From Porticoccaceae bacterium (GTDB taxonomy: Bacteria > Pseudomonadota > Gammaproteobacteria > Pseudomonadales > Porticoccaceae): 64,000 nucleotides of DNA. This document shows, one piece after another, positions 16,599-25,832 of the stretch. The first letter of the stretch is position 1. Every line of letters begins with the position of its first letter. The notes beneath the pieces were generated by a model. It made no database searches, was not told the origin of the DNA, and saw only the letters and a program-made list of their open reading frames with translations. The DNA is taken from NCBI GenBank assembly GCA_002702725.1, contig PABE01000114.1, forward strand, positions 35,843 through 99,842, given 5' to 3'. The translations under genes and the position numbers were made by a program.

Positions 16599-18786
16599 AG
16601 GCGAAATCGGAACTGGGATTGTCAAGATCAAGGTGGACTTCACCTACCTTGACAACCAACTCCGTCGCGTCAACCGCAAAATCCAGTCGTTCAAGTTCGC
16701 GCCGATCCAGCTGAAGCTGGATAACAGCCGAATGATCAAGGACTTGGAGCGGTTTGGCAAAGTCCTCTATCGCTTTAAGGGTGCAGCAGAACGTCCGATC
16801 CACGTCCGCGTGGACACCTACAAAGCCAAGCAGGATCTGCGGCAACTGCGTGAGTCTTATCGCCGGGCGGCGCAAGGCCCGACTTTTCCGACACGCGTTC
16901 CTGGCGCAAATCCAGGCATGGCTCCAGGCAATCGCGGCGGCATTGGTCGTATTGCAGCCGGCGTGTTTGGCGGAAACATTGCATCGAATCTCGGCATGCG
17001 TGCCGCTGGAATGGCCAGGAACGCGGCCGTGTCGTTTGTTGGTGGCGGCCTTCAGCTCAACGCTGAAGTCGAAGCCTACAACAACTCTCTCGGCATTCTG
17101 CTGAAGGACCAAGAAAAGGCCAACAAACTCTTCCGTGAATTGCAGAAGATGGACCTTGAGCTGCCGGTTGATATCGGCATGCTAGCCCAAAACGCACAGA
17201 AGCTTGCTGGTGCGGGGTTTGATCCGAACAAGATCGAAGGCATGATGCGAACGATCACGGATGCCGCATCGATCAGCCCGATGGGGACCAACGAAGGGAC
17301 GTCTCGTCTCGTCCGCGCTCTCACGCAGATGCGTGGTAAAGGCAACATCCAGTTGGAAGACCTCAACCAGATCGCGGAACTCGGTATCCCGATCCGTCAA
17401 TTGATCCAACAGCAGTTCGGCATGTCTGCACAGGATCTTGGCGAGCGGACTCGTGACGGTTCGATGACGGTTGACCAAGCCATTGAGGGGATTCTCGACG
17501 GTTTCGACAGTAGCTTCGGAGGAGCACTCGAAGCGAGGGCCGGAACATTTAGCGGCATGATCGATCAGGTCAACGATCGTTTCAAGGCTCTGCGCCGCGA
17601 GATGATGGAGCCGTTCTTCGAGGCATTGCGATCTCAGCTTGAGGATCTGACTGGCTGGATGGCATCGGCCGAATTCGACAACCTCACTAAAAGTCTCGAA
17701 AACCTCGGTCGTGTTGTCAGCGAAGTTGTCCGAAGAAACACCGGTGGTGGCGGACCGAACAGTGAGGAGGGCTGGTTGAACTGGGGTGCTAGGAACCTCA
17801 CGGCTGGTTTTCAGTTGATGACGATGGATGAAGGTCTAGGCTACGCGCCTGGCGATCCGCGACAAGCACGCACCGAAGACATCGACAAATACCTGCGGCA
17901 ATTCATCCGTGGCGAGGAGATTTCTAAAGCCCAGAGCAAGATGCTGCAGATCGCCTTCGAACAGCAGCAACAATTCCAGAATGCCTGGCACGTAGCCAAA
18001 CGGCGTGGCGACAAAGAGGACATGGCCCGCCTTGAGGCGATTGATACTGAAGTAGGCACGTACGCCAAAGAGGAAAGGGCGGCCGAGGCAAGGCAAAAAC
18101 GGGAAGAGCAGGAATCCAAACGTGCCCAGATGACTTCTCAGGCCATCGAGCGTTTTGCTGGTTCATTCGGGGCGTTAGGGATTCGAGCCGAAGGTCGAAC
18201 CGGCATTTACAACGCATTGGCCTCTGCTGTGCAAGGGTTCGGCGGCGGAGAGGCTCCAACTCCGATGCAACAGGGCCTCAACGGCGGGATCACGACGGCA
18301 ATCAACGGGCTCAACAGCGCCGTCGGAAAAGCGGTCGACTTCGGCAAGAACTGGGGCAAAGGGGCCTCTGAAGCCTACAAAGAACGCCTGATCAACGAAG
18401 GCAAGAGCGAGAACCAGTTTGCTCGAAGCGAGTTTCAGAATCGCCTGGACAAGATGATCGCGGAAAATCCCGCGATCGCAGAGCGGTTGAAGAACACTGA
18501 GTTCTTCTCTGAGATGGTTCAGAACAAGGACGGCACGTTCGATACCAAGTTCAGCGTCGGAAAGCTTGGAAAAGGCGGTCCAGGAATGGCGCAGTTCACC
18601 GGTTTCGAGAGCCTCAACAAGATGCTGCAAGGTCAGGTCGACCAGGCCAACATGACGAAGTACGCGGAGGAGACGGCCAAAGCTGCTAAAGATCTGGTCG
18701 ATGGAATGAACAAGAACAATGACAAGCAGGACAAAGTGATTGAACTGCTCGGGAAAAAACCTGTTGGCATGGTGGGGGAAGGATGA
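16588..18786 (+). CDS. tail tape measure protein
   Basis: 732 aa and alpha-helical. The segment LVRALTQMRGKGNIQLEDLNQIAELGIPIRQLI matches the conserved tape-measure domain. Confidence 0.85.
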   Translation: MPSEGEIGTGIVKIKVDFTYLDNQLRRVNRKIQSFKFAPIQLKLDNSRMIKDLERFGKVLYRFKGAAERPIHVRVDTYKAKQDLRQLRESYRRAAQGPTFPTRVPGANPGMAPGNRGGIGRIAAGVFGGNIASNLGMRAAGMARNAAVSFVGGGLQLNAEVEAYNNSLGILLKDQEKANKLFRELQKMDLELPVDIGMLAQNAQKLAGAGFDPNKIEGMMRTITDAASISPMGTNEGTSRLVRALTQMRGKGNIQLEDLNQIAELGIPIRQLIQQQFGMSAQDLGERTRDGSMTVDQAIEGILDGFDSSFGGALEARAGTFSGMIDQVNDRFKALRREMMEPFFEALRSQLEDLTGWMASAEFDNLTKSLENLGRVVSEVVRRNTGGGGPNSEEGWLNWGARNLTAGFQLMTMDEGLGYAPGDPRQARTEDIDKYLRQFIRGEEISKAQSKMLQIAFEQQQQFQNAWHVAKRRGDKEDMARLEAIDTEVGTYAKEERAAEARQKREEQESKRAQMTSQAIERFAGSFGALGIRAEGRTGIYNALASAVQGFGGGEAPTPMQQGLNGGITTAINGLNSAVGKAVDFGKNWGKGASEAYKERLINEGKSENQFARSEFQNRLDKMIAENPAIAERLKNTEFFSEMVQNKDGTFDTKFSVGKLGKGGPGMAQFTGFESLNKMLQGQVDQANMTKYAEETAKAAKDLVDGMNKNNDKQDKVIELLGKKPVGMVGEG

Positions 18787-19508
18787 TAGAGGTCCACACA
18801 GTTTACTTTGACGGCACGGGGCGGACTCGCACGGACTTCAAGCGACTACGCGACGTGTTCATCCATAGCTTCCGGGCTCATATGCCGGATGCGAGGTTGC
18901 ACGTCCACAACATCCCCCCGTGCGCACTTGGCCGGCAGTACAAACTCGCTAGCAACACGTACAAGCTGACAAAGTGGGCTGAGATCGCCGAGAAGGCGAC
19001 CGGTCCGACAGTCATTTGCGACTGCGACCTCATGTTTGACGGTCGCATCGACGACGCGTTTGACTACGACTTCGACTTGGCCTACGCGCAACGGTACGGG
19101 CGATTCCCCTTCAACTGCGGCGTGATCTTCCTGCGGCCGACGGAGACAGCGCGCGAAGTCATGCGGCAATGGAAGGCGATTAACGACAAGATGTTCGCAG
19201 ACGCCACGTTTCATCTCCGCTACACCGACAAGTATGCGGGGATGAACCAGGCGGCATGGGGATACATGCGCGAGACTGGCAAACTACCTGAGACGGTCAT
19301 TCAGGTGCCGCACAAGTACAACGCTTGTGAGGATGAATGGCTCCGCGTTGAAGACATCCGCGTGTACCACCTGAAGACTACGTTGCGGCAGGCCTGCCTA
19401 ATACCTCCAGATCAACTACGTCGAAAAGACCTCCGGCCGATTGTCGAGAAGTTCCACGCATGGGAAGCACAAGGTGAAATTAATTTCCGAGGAGTACCGA
19501 CAGCTTAA
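18783..19508 (+). CDS. nucleotide-diphospho-sugar (GT-A type) glycosyltransferase-like protein
   Basis: DxD-type VICDCDLMFD and NCGVIFLRPT motifs. ATGA overlap with the tape-measure stop. Confidence 0.5.
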   Translation: MIEVHTVYFDGTGRTRTDFKRLRDVFIHSFRAHMPDARLHVHNIPPCALGRQYKLASNTYKLTKWAEIAEKATGPTVICDCDLMFDGRIDDAFDYDFDLAYAQRYGRFPFNCGVIFLRPTETAREVMRQWKAINDKMFADATFHLRYTDKYAGMNQAAWGYMRETGKLPETVIQVPHKYNACEDEWLRVEDIRVYHLKTTLRQACLIPPDQLRRKDLRPIVEKFHAWEAQGEINFRGVPTA

Positions 19509-19992
19509 CGCCGAGCTCCACCAGAGGTCGGATGTCGGGTACGGGGGAAAAGGATACCGGCACGCCTCGGATGTGAGGAAGTTCGCCGACCGCCTGTCCG
19601 CGCGAACCGTGCTCGACTACGGGTGCGGCAAGGCAACGTTATCCGAGCACTTGGCGATGAAGGTCATCAACTACGATCCAGCGATAGAAGAGTTCGCGTC
19701 TCCCCCAGATCAACAAGACATCGTAGTTTGCACCGACGTGCTCGAGCACATTGAGCCTGACCTCCTCCAGAACGTGCTTCGACACATTGATGGGTTAGCG
19801 ATCTCCGGAATCTTTGCCGTGATAGCAACCCGGCCAGATGGCAGCAAACTTCTGGCTGATGGGTCAAACCCACACAAAATCATCAAACCAGCGCGGTGGT
19901 GGGGAGAAACGTTGGCCAGTGTTTGGGGGAGGTTGAGTTTGATCGAGAGGAAAGGCGAAGTGCAGGTCACAGTCGATAAGGTCTTGGGTTAA
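19474..19992 (+). CDS. class I SAM-dependent methyltransferase
   Basis: Motif I VLDYGCGKATL and VVCTDVLEHI. The start is uncertain (GTG 19474 or TTG 19441). Confidence 0.65.
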   Translation: MKLISEEYRQLNAELHQRSDVGYGGKGYRHASDVRKFADRLSARTVLDYGCGKATLSEHLAMKVINYDPAIEEFASPPDQQDIVVCTDVLEHIEPDLLQNVLRHIDGLAISGIFAVIATRPDGSKLLADGSNPHKIIKPARWWGETLASVWGRLSLIERKGEVQVTVDKVLG

Positions 19993-20900
19993 TGGCACAG
20001 GTCGTAGAAGGCGGATCAAACGGTTGGGTTGAGGTTGGCGGTCACCCCGACCTCAGCATGAAGCTGGTCATGAGCCGCACTACGCGCAGCATCACCCGCG
20101 TGTTCATGATCGAGTCGCCGACCGGCGTGTACGATGAGGTTAATGCCTTCTTGGCGGAATGCCGACCGGCTTTTTCCCCGCCGGGAAAATACCCGATCCT
20201 CGGCGTGCAGCTGTACGTGGACACCGTCAACATTGAACCATACGGAGCGGTCGGCAAAGATGACTTAGGAAAGCCTGTCCAAATCAACGGGTTTCCGTCG
20301 TACGAGTCGTTCAAAGCGACTGTCACCTACACGCCGTTGCCGTACCAGCCGAAAAACCCAAACCAACCTTCTCCCGATCCACTTCTGGACAACCTCGAGA
20401 TCGTCGCGAATGTCGGCGCCGAGGCGATGTCCCTCCCTGGCTCTCAGTTGTACTGGGCCGGCGGAACAAAGGTCACGAACGATCCAACGGTTGCCGCGTC
20501 GATCCGGATCGACACGATCGACTACCAGATCACGAAGCATCACCTCAGGCGAACTGACATCCCGTGGGATGCGATCCGTACGATCAACAGTCGAGTCAAC
20601 GAAGCCGCGTTCAGTGACTCACACCCCATCTTCCCTGGAGTCAAGCAGGAATCGCTGCTGTTTCGTGGCGCGCAGATCTCAATTCGGTTTTCTGGTGACG
20701 GGACGATCGAGAACTCGTTGACGTACAACTTCTCGGAGCGTACAGCGACGCACGACGGGGTGGACGTGAGCTGGAACCACCTGTACGACTCGCAAGCGGG
20801 TCAGCAGAAATTCCGGAAGGTCTACAAGGACTCGGCGAACAACAAGCCGCTCTACTCTACGTCCACTCAATCGGAAATTGAGGCGATCTTCGACACATGA
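19992..20900 (+). CDS. tail-distal structural protein candidate
   Basis: 302 aa. TAATG overlap with the upstream gene. Called on position alone. Confidence 0.35.
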   Translation: MAQVVEGGSNGWVEVGGHPDLSMKLVMSRTTRSITRVFMIESPTGVYDEVNAFLAECRPAFSPPGKYPILGVQLYVDTVNIEPYGAVGKDDLGKPVQINGFPSYESFKATVTYTPLPYQPKNPNQPSPDPLLDNLEIVANVGAEAMSLPGSQLYWAGGTKVTNDPTVAASIRIDTIDYQITKHHLRRTDIPWDAIRTINSRVNEAAFSDSHPIFPGVKQESLLFRGAQISIRFSGDGTIENSLTYNFSERTATHDGVDVSWNHLYDSQAGQQKFRKVYKDSANNKPLYSTSTQSEIEAIFDT

Positions 20901-21544
20901 TGTTGAGCATGCGGCAATCTGGGGCCGGCCCTCTTAAGCGGTGGTCGGCCGGCGATGCTATCGTTCAGTCCAGGCTGAACGGTATGGTTGACGGTATTAA
21001 CCGCGCCAACGCGTTGTCGGTAGGCAATACATCCGGCAGCGTGCTGCTCGCGCAGACTGTGGCCGAGAGCTCGAGCTACCCCGCCGCATCGACAAACCCC
21101 AATGTCTACCCGTTCCGATGGTGTGGTTTAACGGATCCGGCTGACACGCGATTTACGGCCGCCGGTCGTGTTTCGCTGTCGGCAGACACGGCAGTATTCG
21201 GCATCAGCGGCTATGTCCTGAACATCGCGGCGACAAGTTCTGACGACCCTAGCAATTACATCCCAGAAAACTCACTGATCCTTCTTTCCCCGTGTAACCT
21301 CGGGTTCTGGGTCACCTTCTACAGCGTCTTTCGGCTGTATCGGTTCACTTTGACCTCAGTGTTCACGAGTAATACGGCGACGGCCAATATCAGCGAGATG
21401 TCCGGGACTTCTGCGTTCACGGGGGTTGATCTCAAAGACCCAGAGGCAGTGTTTGACACTCTGGAGTCGGGAGATACCGGCCTCTGCGTGTATCAAGACG
21501 GCCAGTGGTTTGCGATTCAGGCCCCATGCCCCGTGACGACCTAA
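20897..21544 (+). CDS. hypothetical structural protein
   Basis: 215 aa with an ATGA overlap. I recognised no motif. Confidence 0.4.
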   Translation: MMLSMRQSGAGPLKRWSAGDAIVQSRLNGMVDGINRANALSVGNTSGSVLLAQTVAESSSYPAASTNPNVYPFRWCGLTDPADTRFTAAGRVSLSADTAVFGISGYVLNIAATSSDDPSNYIPENSLILLSPCNLGFWVTFYSVFRLYRFTLTSVFTSNTATANISEMSGTSAFTGVDLKDPEAVFDTLESGDTGLCVYQDGQWFAIQAPCPVTT

Positions 21545-21546
21545 CC

Positions 21547-21680
21547 AGATTAGCGCTTTTTGACCTATCTGGTTTATCTGCGAATATGACGTTTGATCCA
21601 TAGAGATATTCGAGGTTAGCACAAGCAACCCGAAATTCTGCCAGTGCGCAGGGTTTCGGGTTTTTTCGTGCCTTGAGGGG
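21547..21680 (+). promoter_or_regulatory. conserved promoter-box-terminator cassette, copy B
   Basis: It carries TAGCGCTTTTTGAC (21551-21564), TTGACC (21560-21565), AATAT (21583-21587), TTTGATCC and the 20-mer GAGGTTAGCACAAGCAACCC (21612-21631). Confidence 0.6.
21627..21667 (+). terminator. intrinsic terminator inside cassette B
   Basis: AACCCGAAA pairs with TTTCGGGTT, followed by TTTTTT. It ends 19 nt before the ATG at 21686. Confidence 0.65.
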
Positions 21681-21685
21681 TTCAG

Positions 21686-21886
21686 ATGAACAAAGCAAAG
21701 GTTTGGAAATTCGTAAAGGGTGCGTTGATCGCATCCGCTGGCGCCGCCCTGGCTTATTTGGGCGGACAAGTAATTCCAGCGTTGGAAGTAGCTGGTACGT
21801 CGGCCACGATCGTCGCGATCGCTTCGGCATTGGTGAACCTTGGAAAGGTGATCCTGCAGAAGATCGACGACGGGGCCGCACAGTAA
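21686..21886 (+). CDS. small two-TM membrane protein (holin-like by size, topology and position)
   Basis: 66 aa with two hydrophobic stretches (GALIASAGAALAYLGG and TSATIVAIASALVNL). It is the first gene after cassette B. Confidence 0.5.
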   Translation: MNKAKVWKFVKGALIASAGAALAYLGGQVIPALEVAGTSATIVAIASALVNLGKVILQKIDDGAAQ

Positions 21887-22176
21887 TGCTCTGGATAATT
21901 CGTCGATTCAACGCCCGCAGGAAACTGCGGGCTTTGCCGCCTGAGCAGCGCGAAGTCGCTTTGGCGATGGCGGCCGATTGCTGCCACAACGCGGCGACAG
22001 CCGAAGACTGCGAACTGCTCGCCAAGAACAAACTTGAGAGCGATCCGCCTGTCGGTTTCGGCGTCGTCGAGATTCTCGCAGTGATCCAAGTACTCATTGC
22101 GATCTGGAAGTTCATCGACTCGATGGGCTGGCTTGATCGTGCAAACCGACCAATGCTCGAGAAGGAATTGCTGTGA
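21886..22176 (+). CDS. small protein with a C-terminal TM segment
   Basis: The ATG at 21886 forms a TAATG overlap. The TM segment is VGFGVVEILAVIQVLIAIW. This is an internal start within track ORF 21673-22176. Confidence 0.45.
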   Translation: MLWIIRRFNARRKLRALPPEQREVALAMAADCCHNAATAEDCELLAKNKLESDPPVGFGVVEILAVIQVLIAIWKFIDSMGWLDRANRPMLEKELL

Positions 22177-22436
22177 CCTATTTCTTTGTCGCGCTCGTCG
22201 TCATGAGCCTCGTGTATTTCGCGTGGCAGGCGTTTGTCAAATTCCGTCCAAAACGTGAAGTCCAGCAATTGGATGTTGATCCTGCGGACGTCGATCGCAA
22301 TCGGATGGAAGCGCACCGATGTTACGAATGGCTGCGGAAATACCTTGAGTTTGCTGGTGAGACGGAAGCACGGCAGCACCTCAACAAATCTGCGGCCAGC
22401 CTTTACACCAGCGAACCCAAAAGCACGCAGTCATGA
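22173..22436 (+). CDS. small protein with an N-terminal TM segment
   Basis: GTGA overlap. The TM segment is YFFVALVVMSLVYFAW. Confidence 0.5.
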   Translation: MTYFFVALVVMSLVYFAWQAFVKFRPKREVQQLDVDPADVDRNRMEAHRCYEWLRKYLEFAGETEARQHLNKSAASLYTSEPKSTQS

Positions 22437-22867
22437 ACTTAAACAAAACCGTTGGGCTGGTTTTGGCATTGAGCTTAGCGTTCCTCGCCGGGCAGTTCTT
22501 CAGCGGCAGTGGCGGCTTCTCGATTCCGGACTTTGGCGGTGTCATTCCGATCGTCGAACCGAAGGTCAACGGCGAAGGCTGGTTGGTCATGGTCGACGAG
22601 CTAAGTGATCCGCTGACGGTGACTGTCGATGCCGCCAGGAACATGGAGTGGCAAGAGAAGCTGACCAGCAAAGAGATCAAGTTCGCACGCTACGACGATG
22701 ACGACGCCGTGGCGGAGAGCTACGTCAAAGCGCTCAGCGAAAAAGTACCAGGCGTGTTGCTTATGGAAGACGAAGCCGACGGCAGGAAGGTCGTGGCGAC
22801 AAAGGCTTTGACCAAAGACGACACGCTCAGTTCGATCACCGCATTTGTGGACGCCCATACCAAATGA
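22433..22867 (+). CDS. membrane-anchored or secreted protein
   Basis: ATGA overlap. The N-terminal anchor is VGLVLALSLAFLAGQFF. Confidence 0.5.
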   Translation: MNLNKTVGLVLALSLAFLAGQFFSGSGGFSIPDFGGVIPIVEPKVNGEGWLVMVDELSDPLTVTVDAARNMEWQEKLTSKEIKFARYDDDDAVAESYVKALSEKVPGVLLMEDEADGRKVVATKALTKDDTLSSITAFVDAHTK

Positions 22868-23745
22868 CGAAAGTCGGCGAAATCGTAAAGACGGCTCCTG
22901 GCCAGCTTGATGAAATCATCGGGCCAGAGGGTAACCGGATCAAACTCGGGCTGCGGAAGCCGCCAAAAGAGTTGCCGGTCACATACGCGCCGTTGGTCGG
23001 GGCTTTGCCTCGCCTGTTGACCTACGATGAGATTAAGGCAAGGTGCGAAAGCGTCGACCGCCGCCCCTCCCGTGATCGATGGGGCCCAGACACGATCAAG
23101 GACCAAGATGGCCGAGGAGCCTGCCAAGGGTATGCGTCTGCCGGCATGGCCGAGCGTGTCCGAGAATCTAGCGGTCAGAAGCGAGTCGTCTTGTCTGGCG
23201 ACTTCTCTTACTCGCTTGCCAATGGCGGCCGAGACCAGGGGTCTGCTTTGTCGCGCGGCTTCATGGCGGCTACCCAGGTCGGCTATGCCCCTGAAGACAC
23301 GCCCGGCCTGAAGCGATGGGAATACCGCAAATCGCACATGCCGCAGGCTGCGTTCGCGGCTGCTAGCCGGTTCAAGGGTATCGACGGATTCTACTGCGAA
23401 ACGCAGCAGGAATTCTTCACGGCTCTTGCCCTCGGCATGATCGGCGTGATCGCCGTACACGTTGCCGGCGCTTTTTCGCAACTCGACAACTACGGGATCA
23501 GTCAAGGCGGCAACGGCGATGGTAACCACGCCGTGTGTGCGGACGACTTGGTCTACGACCGTCGGCTCGGCGGATTCAAGATCGACTCACCAAACAGTTG
23601 GAAGCGGACTTGGGGGGATAACGGACGTTGTTACTACACGTTCGAACGTCACCTTCGCCGCACTATCGAAGTTCACAAGTTCTACGTCTTCCCGATTCTT
23701 ACGCAGGATCCACAAGGCGATAACCCACCTCAGGTGCTCGTATGA
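22864..23745 (+). CDS. papain-family (C1-like) cysteine peptidase; candidate lysis enzyme
   Basis: Three papain-type segments are present: QDGRGACQGYASAG (Cys box), GDGNHAVCADDLVY (His box) and NSWKRTWGDNGRCYY (Asn/Trp box). Confidence 0.65.
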   Translation: MTKVGEIVKTAPGQLDEIIGPEGNRIKLGLRKPPKELPVTYAPLVGALPRLLTYDEIKARCESVDRRPSRDRWGPDTIKDQDGRGACQGYASAGMAERVRESSGQKRVVLSGDFSYSLANGGRDQGSALSRGFMAATQVGYAPEDTPGLKRWEYRKSHMPQAAFAAASRFKGIDGFYCETQQEFFTALALGMIGVIAVHVAGAFSQLDNYGISQGGNGDGNHAVCADDLVYDRRLGGFKIDSPNSWKRTWGDNGRCYYTFERHLRRTIEVHKFYVFPILTQDPQGDNPPQVLV

Positions 23746-24434
23746 AAACTCTAGCATGGATGTTCAGCTCGGCGACCGTCGCCGCGCTTGTCTCTTTGAT
23801 CGGCGTCACGGACCAAGAACCACAGACCGCTGTCGACGTCCCTGTCGCAAGCGCGCCAGTTGAAGCCGAAGTAGCTCCGGCTACGACGGTGGAGAGTTCA
23901 GACTGCTGCAGCGGGAGCTGTAACTGCTGCACGTGCGACAAAGACGCGAAGGCGGAAGCGGAGCCGGCCGAAAAGGCTGAAGTCGAGACTGCAAGTCGCC
24001 CGGAACCGAAGTTCGCGGTCGGAGAGATCGTCAGTGCAAACGGCGAGAAGTTGCGAATTAAAAGTGCCTTCTACGACGGCGATGAGTGGAAATATAAGGC
24101 TGAAGCCGTAGCGAGTACACCCGTGTACTCCTCGTCAACCGGTTCGATTGCTTCCGGGTTCTACGACGGTACGAGCAAGTGGGATTACCCAGGCGACATC
24201 GCCCAACACTTGCTGAATCATCCGAACCATCAGTTCAGCTACTCGCAAGTGGCCGGGAAGTCCAAGGACGAACTCGAGGCAATGCACGACGCTCACCATG
24301 ATCAGATGTCCGGCGTCTCTGGCCAAAGTGTTGGGGCATACCGGGTCACGAGCCCTGGGCTGTTGTCGTATCCGATGTTCCAGAGCTCTGGTCGCAGTTC
24401 GTATTGCCCCAGCGGTCGCTGCCCGTTTCAGTAA
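23742..24434 (+). CDS. secreted protein with a signal peptide and a CC/CxxC cluster
   Basis: The N-terminus MKTLAWMFSSATVAALVSLIGV is signal-peptide-like. A cysteine cluster SSDCCSGSCNCCTCD follows. Confidence 0.55.
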   Translation: MKTLAWMFSSATVAALVSLIGVTDQEPQTAVDVPVASAPVEAEVAPATTVESSDCCSGSCNCCTCDKDAKAEAEPAEKAEVETASRPEPKFAVGEIVSANGEKLRIKSAFYDGDEWKYKAEAVASTPVYSSSTGSIASGFYDGTSKWDYPGDIAQHLLNHPNHQFSYSQVAGKSKDELEAMHDAHHDQMSGVSGQSVGAYRVTSPGLLSYPMFQSSGRSSYCPSGRCPFQ

Positions 24435-24446
24435 CACGGAATCAGC

Positions 24447-24650
24447 ATGCCGACAAAAGTAAGTCTCGACGAGGCCACGACCGAGATCTCACGGCGAGCC
24501 TCGCACAAACGCGACAAACTCTGCAAGGTTGACACCGAAGTCTGCCTTGCAGCGTTTTTTGATTACCTGAATGAACTTCCGGCAGACGAGGCCTTTGCTC
24601 TGGTGAGTAAAGGCATGGCTGCGTCAGTACGGCGTAAAGCCCGAGGGTAG
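24447..24650 (+). CDS. hypothetical protein (67 aa)
   Basis: ORF only. Confidence 0.4.
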   Translation: MPTKVSLDEATTEISRRASHKRDKLCKVDTEVCLAAFFDYLNELPADEAFALVSKGMAASVRRKARG

Positions 24651-24652
24651 AG

Positions 24653-24973
24653 ATGCCAAGTAAATCCATTTCAAGCACGACGTCTGGCCTCGGCCCGGAT
24701 GGCATCTACTGTCCGTACGAGAAGACGCAGCTCTACATCACAGCCCCTGATTGGAGCGGCAGTAAGGCACTACAGCTTTGGACCGCGCCAACTGACGCGG
24801 ACTCCAACGACTTTGTTCCAGAAATGGCATCCACCTCTGACGACACGGTCTTCGAGACCAGTGCCGACGGCCGCGTGCAGATCCTGGGCCCCTGCTGGGT
24901 TCGACCTTATCTGACGAACCCTGGCACCGGCGTGACTCTCACCGTCTCCGATCCGACCACTGGCATCAGCTAA
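24653..24973 (+). CDS. hypothetical protein (106 aa)
   Basis: ORF that starts 3 nt after the previous stop. Confidence 0.45.
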   Translation: MPSKSISSTTSGLGPDGIYCPYEKTQLYITAPDWSGSKALQLWTAPTDADSNDFVPEMASTSDDTVFETSADGRVQILGPCWVRPYLTNPGTGVTLTVSDPTTGIS

Positions 24974-25007
24974 GCCGGAACCAGCAGAGCACTAGGAGAC
25001 ACCAGCC

Positions 25008-25832
25008 GTGACGATCTCTAGAACACTCGAGCGATGCGTTCAGCGCCCTCTACGGCGCGGTGTTTCACGCGATGGTGTGTTATCCGGTTCTGGCTATACG
25101 TTTTCAGACTCGGACGCCGAAGCCTACGTCACATTGGTCGAAACCGCAGACGGAGAAACGCTTGAAAATGGCGTTAAAGAGGCAATCGACAATTTTGTCG
25201 CCGGGTGCAAGACGGATGGGATTTGGGCGGATATCAACGCTGCGGTGATACTTGCAGGGGCAAGAACCCTAACAGGGGCACTGGTGCCGTTGAAGGGAAC
25301 CGCACCGACGAACGTCAACTTTGTCAGTGGCGACTATAGCCGCACCAACGGATTGACTGGTAATGGGAGCACGAAATACCTGAACAGCAATCGAGCTGCC
25401 GATGCCGATGACTTCGAGGATATGCACCTGTCGGTATACGTCACAGGCAGCAGGGAAACCGGAGTCGGCGGTTACATTGGCGGTTCTGCATCATCGCCGC
25501 ACGCGGTGCTTGGTAACGCAACGGGGTTTAGAGCGCGAGTCAACTCGGCGACACTGAGAACACTTGGCACTGGAACAACAGTCCCTAGCTGTATCGCTGT
25601 TAGCCGTCCCAATGCTGCAGGCTATGACTGGTGTGGCCTTGGCCAATCGGGAAATCAAGTAGACGCGAGAGTCGGCGGGGAGACTGGAGACATCACAGTT
25701 TTTGCCCGTGGCGGAGCGTCGCTTTCCGCGTGTCGACTAGCGTTCTACTCAATTGGATCGGCGACGACGCTGGCTGACTTAGACTCGCGGATTGCAACTC
25801 TCGTTTCAGCAATAGGGACGGCACTGGCATGA
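25008..25832 (+). CDS. hypothetical virion-associated protein
   Basis: 274-aa ORF with a GTG start. G/T/S-rich and likely beta-rich. Confidence 0.45.
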   Translation: MTISRTLERCVQRPLRRGVSRDGVLSGSGYTFSDSDAEAYVTLVETADGETLENGVKEAIDNFVAGCKTDGIWADINAAVILAGARTLTGALVPLKGTAPTNVNFVSGDYSRTNGLTGNGSTKYLNSNRAADADDFEDMHLSVYVTGSRETGVGGYIGGSASSPHAVLGNATGFRARVNSATLRTLGTGTTVPSCIAVSRPNAAGYDWCGLGQSGNQVDARVGGETGDITVFARGGASLSACRLAFYSIGSATTLADLDSRIATLVSAIGTALA

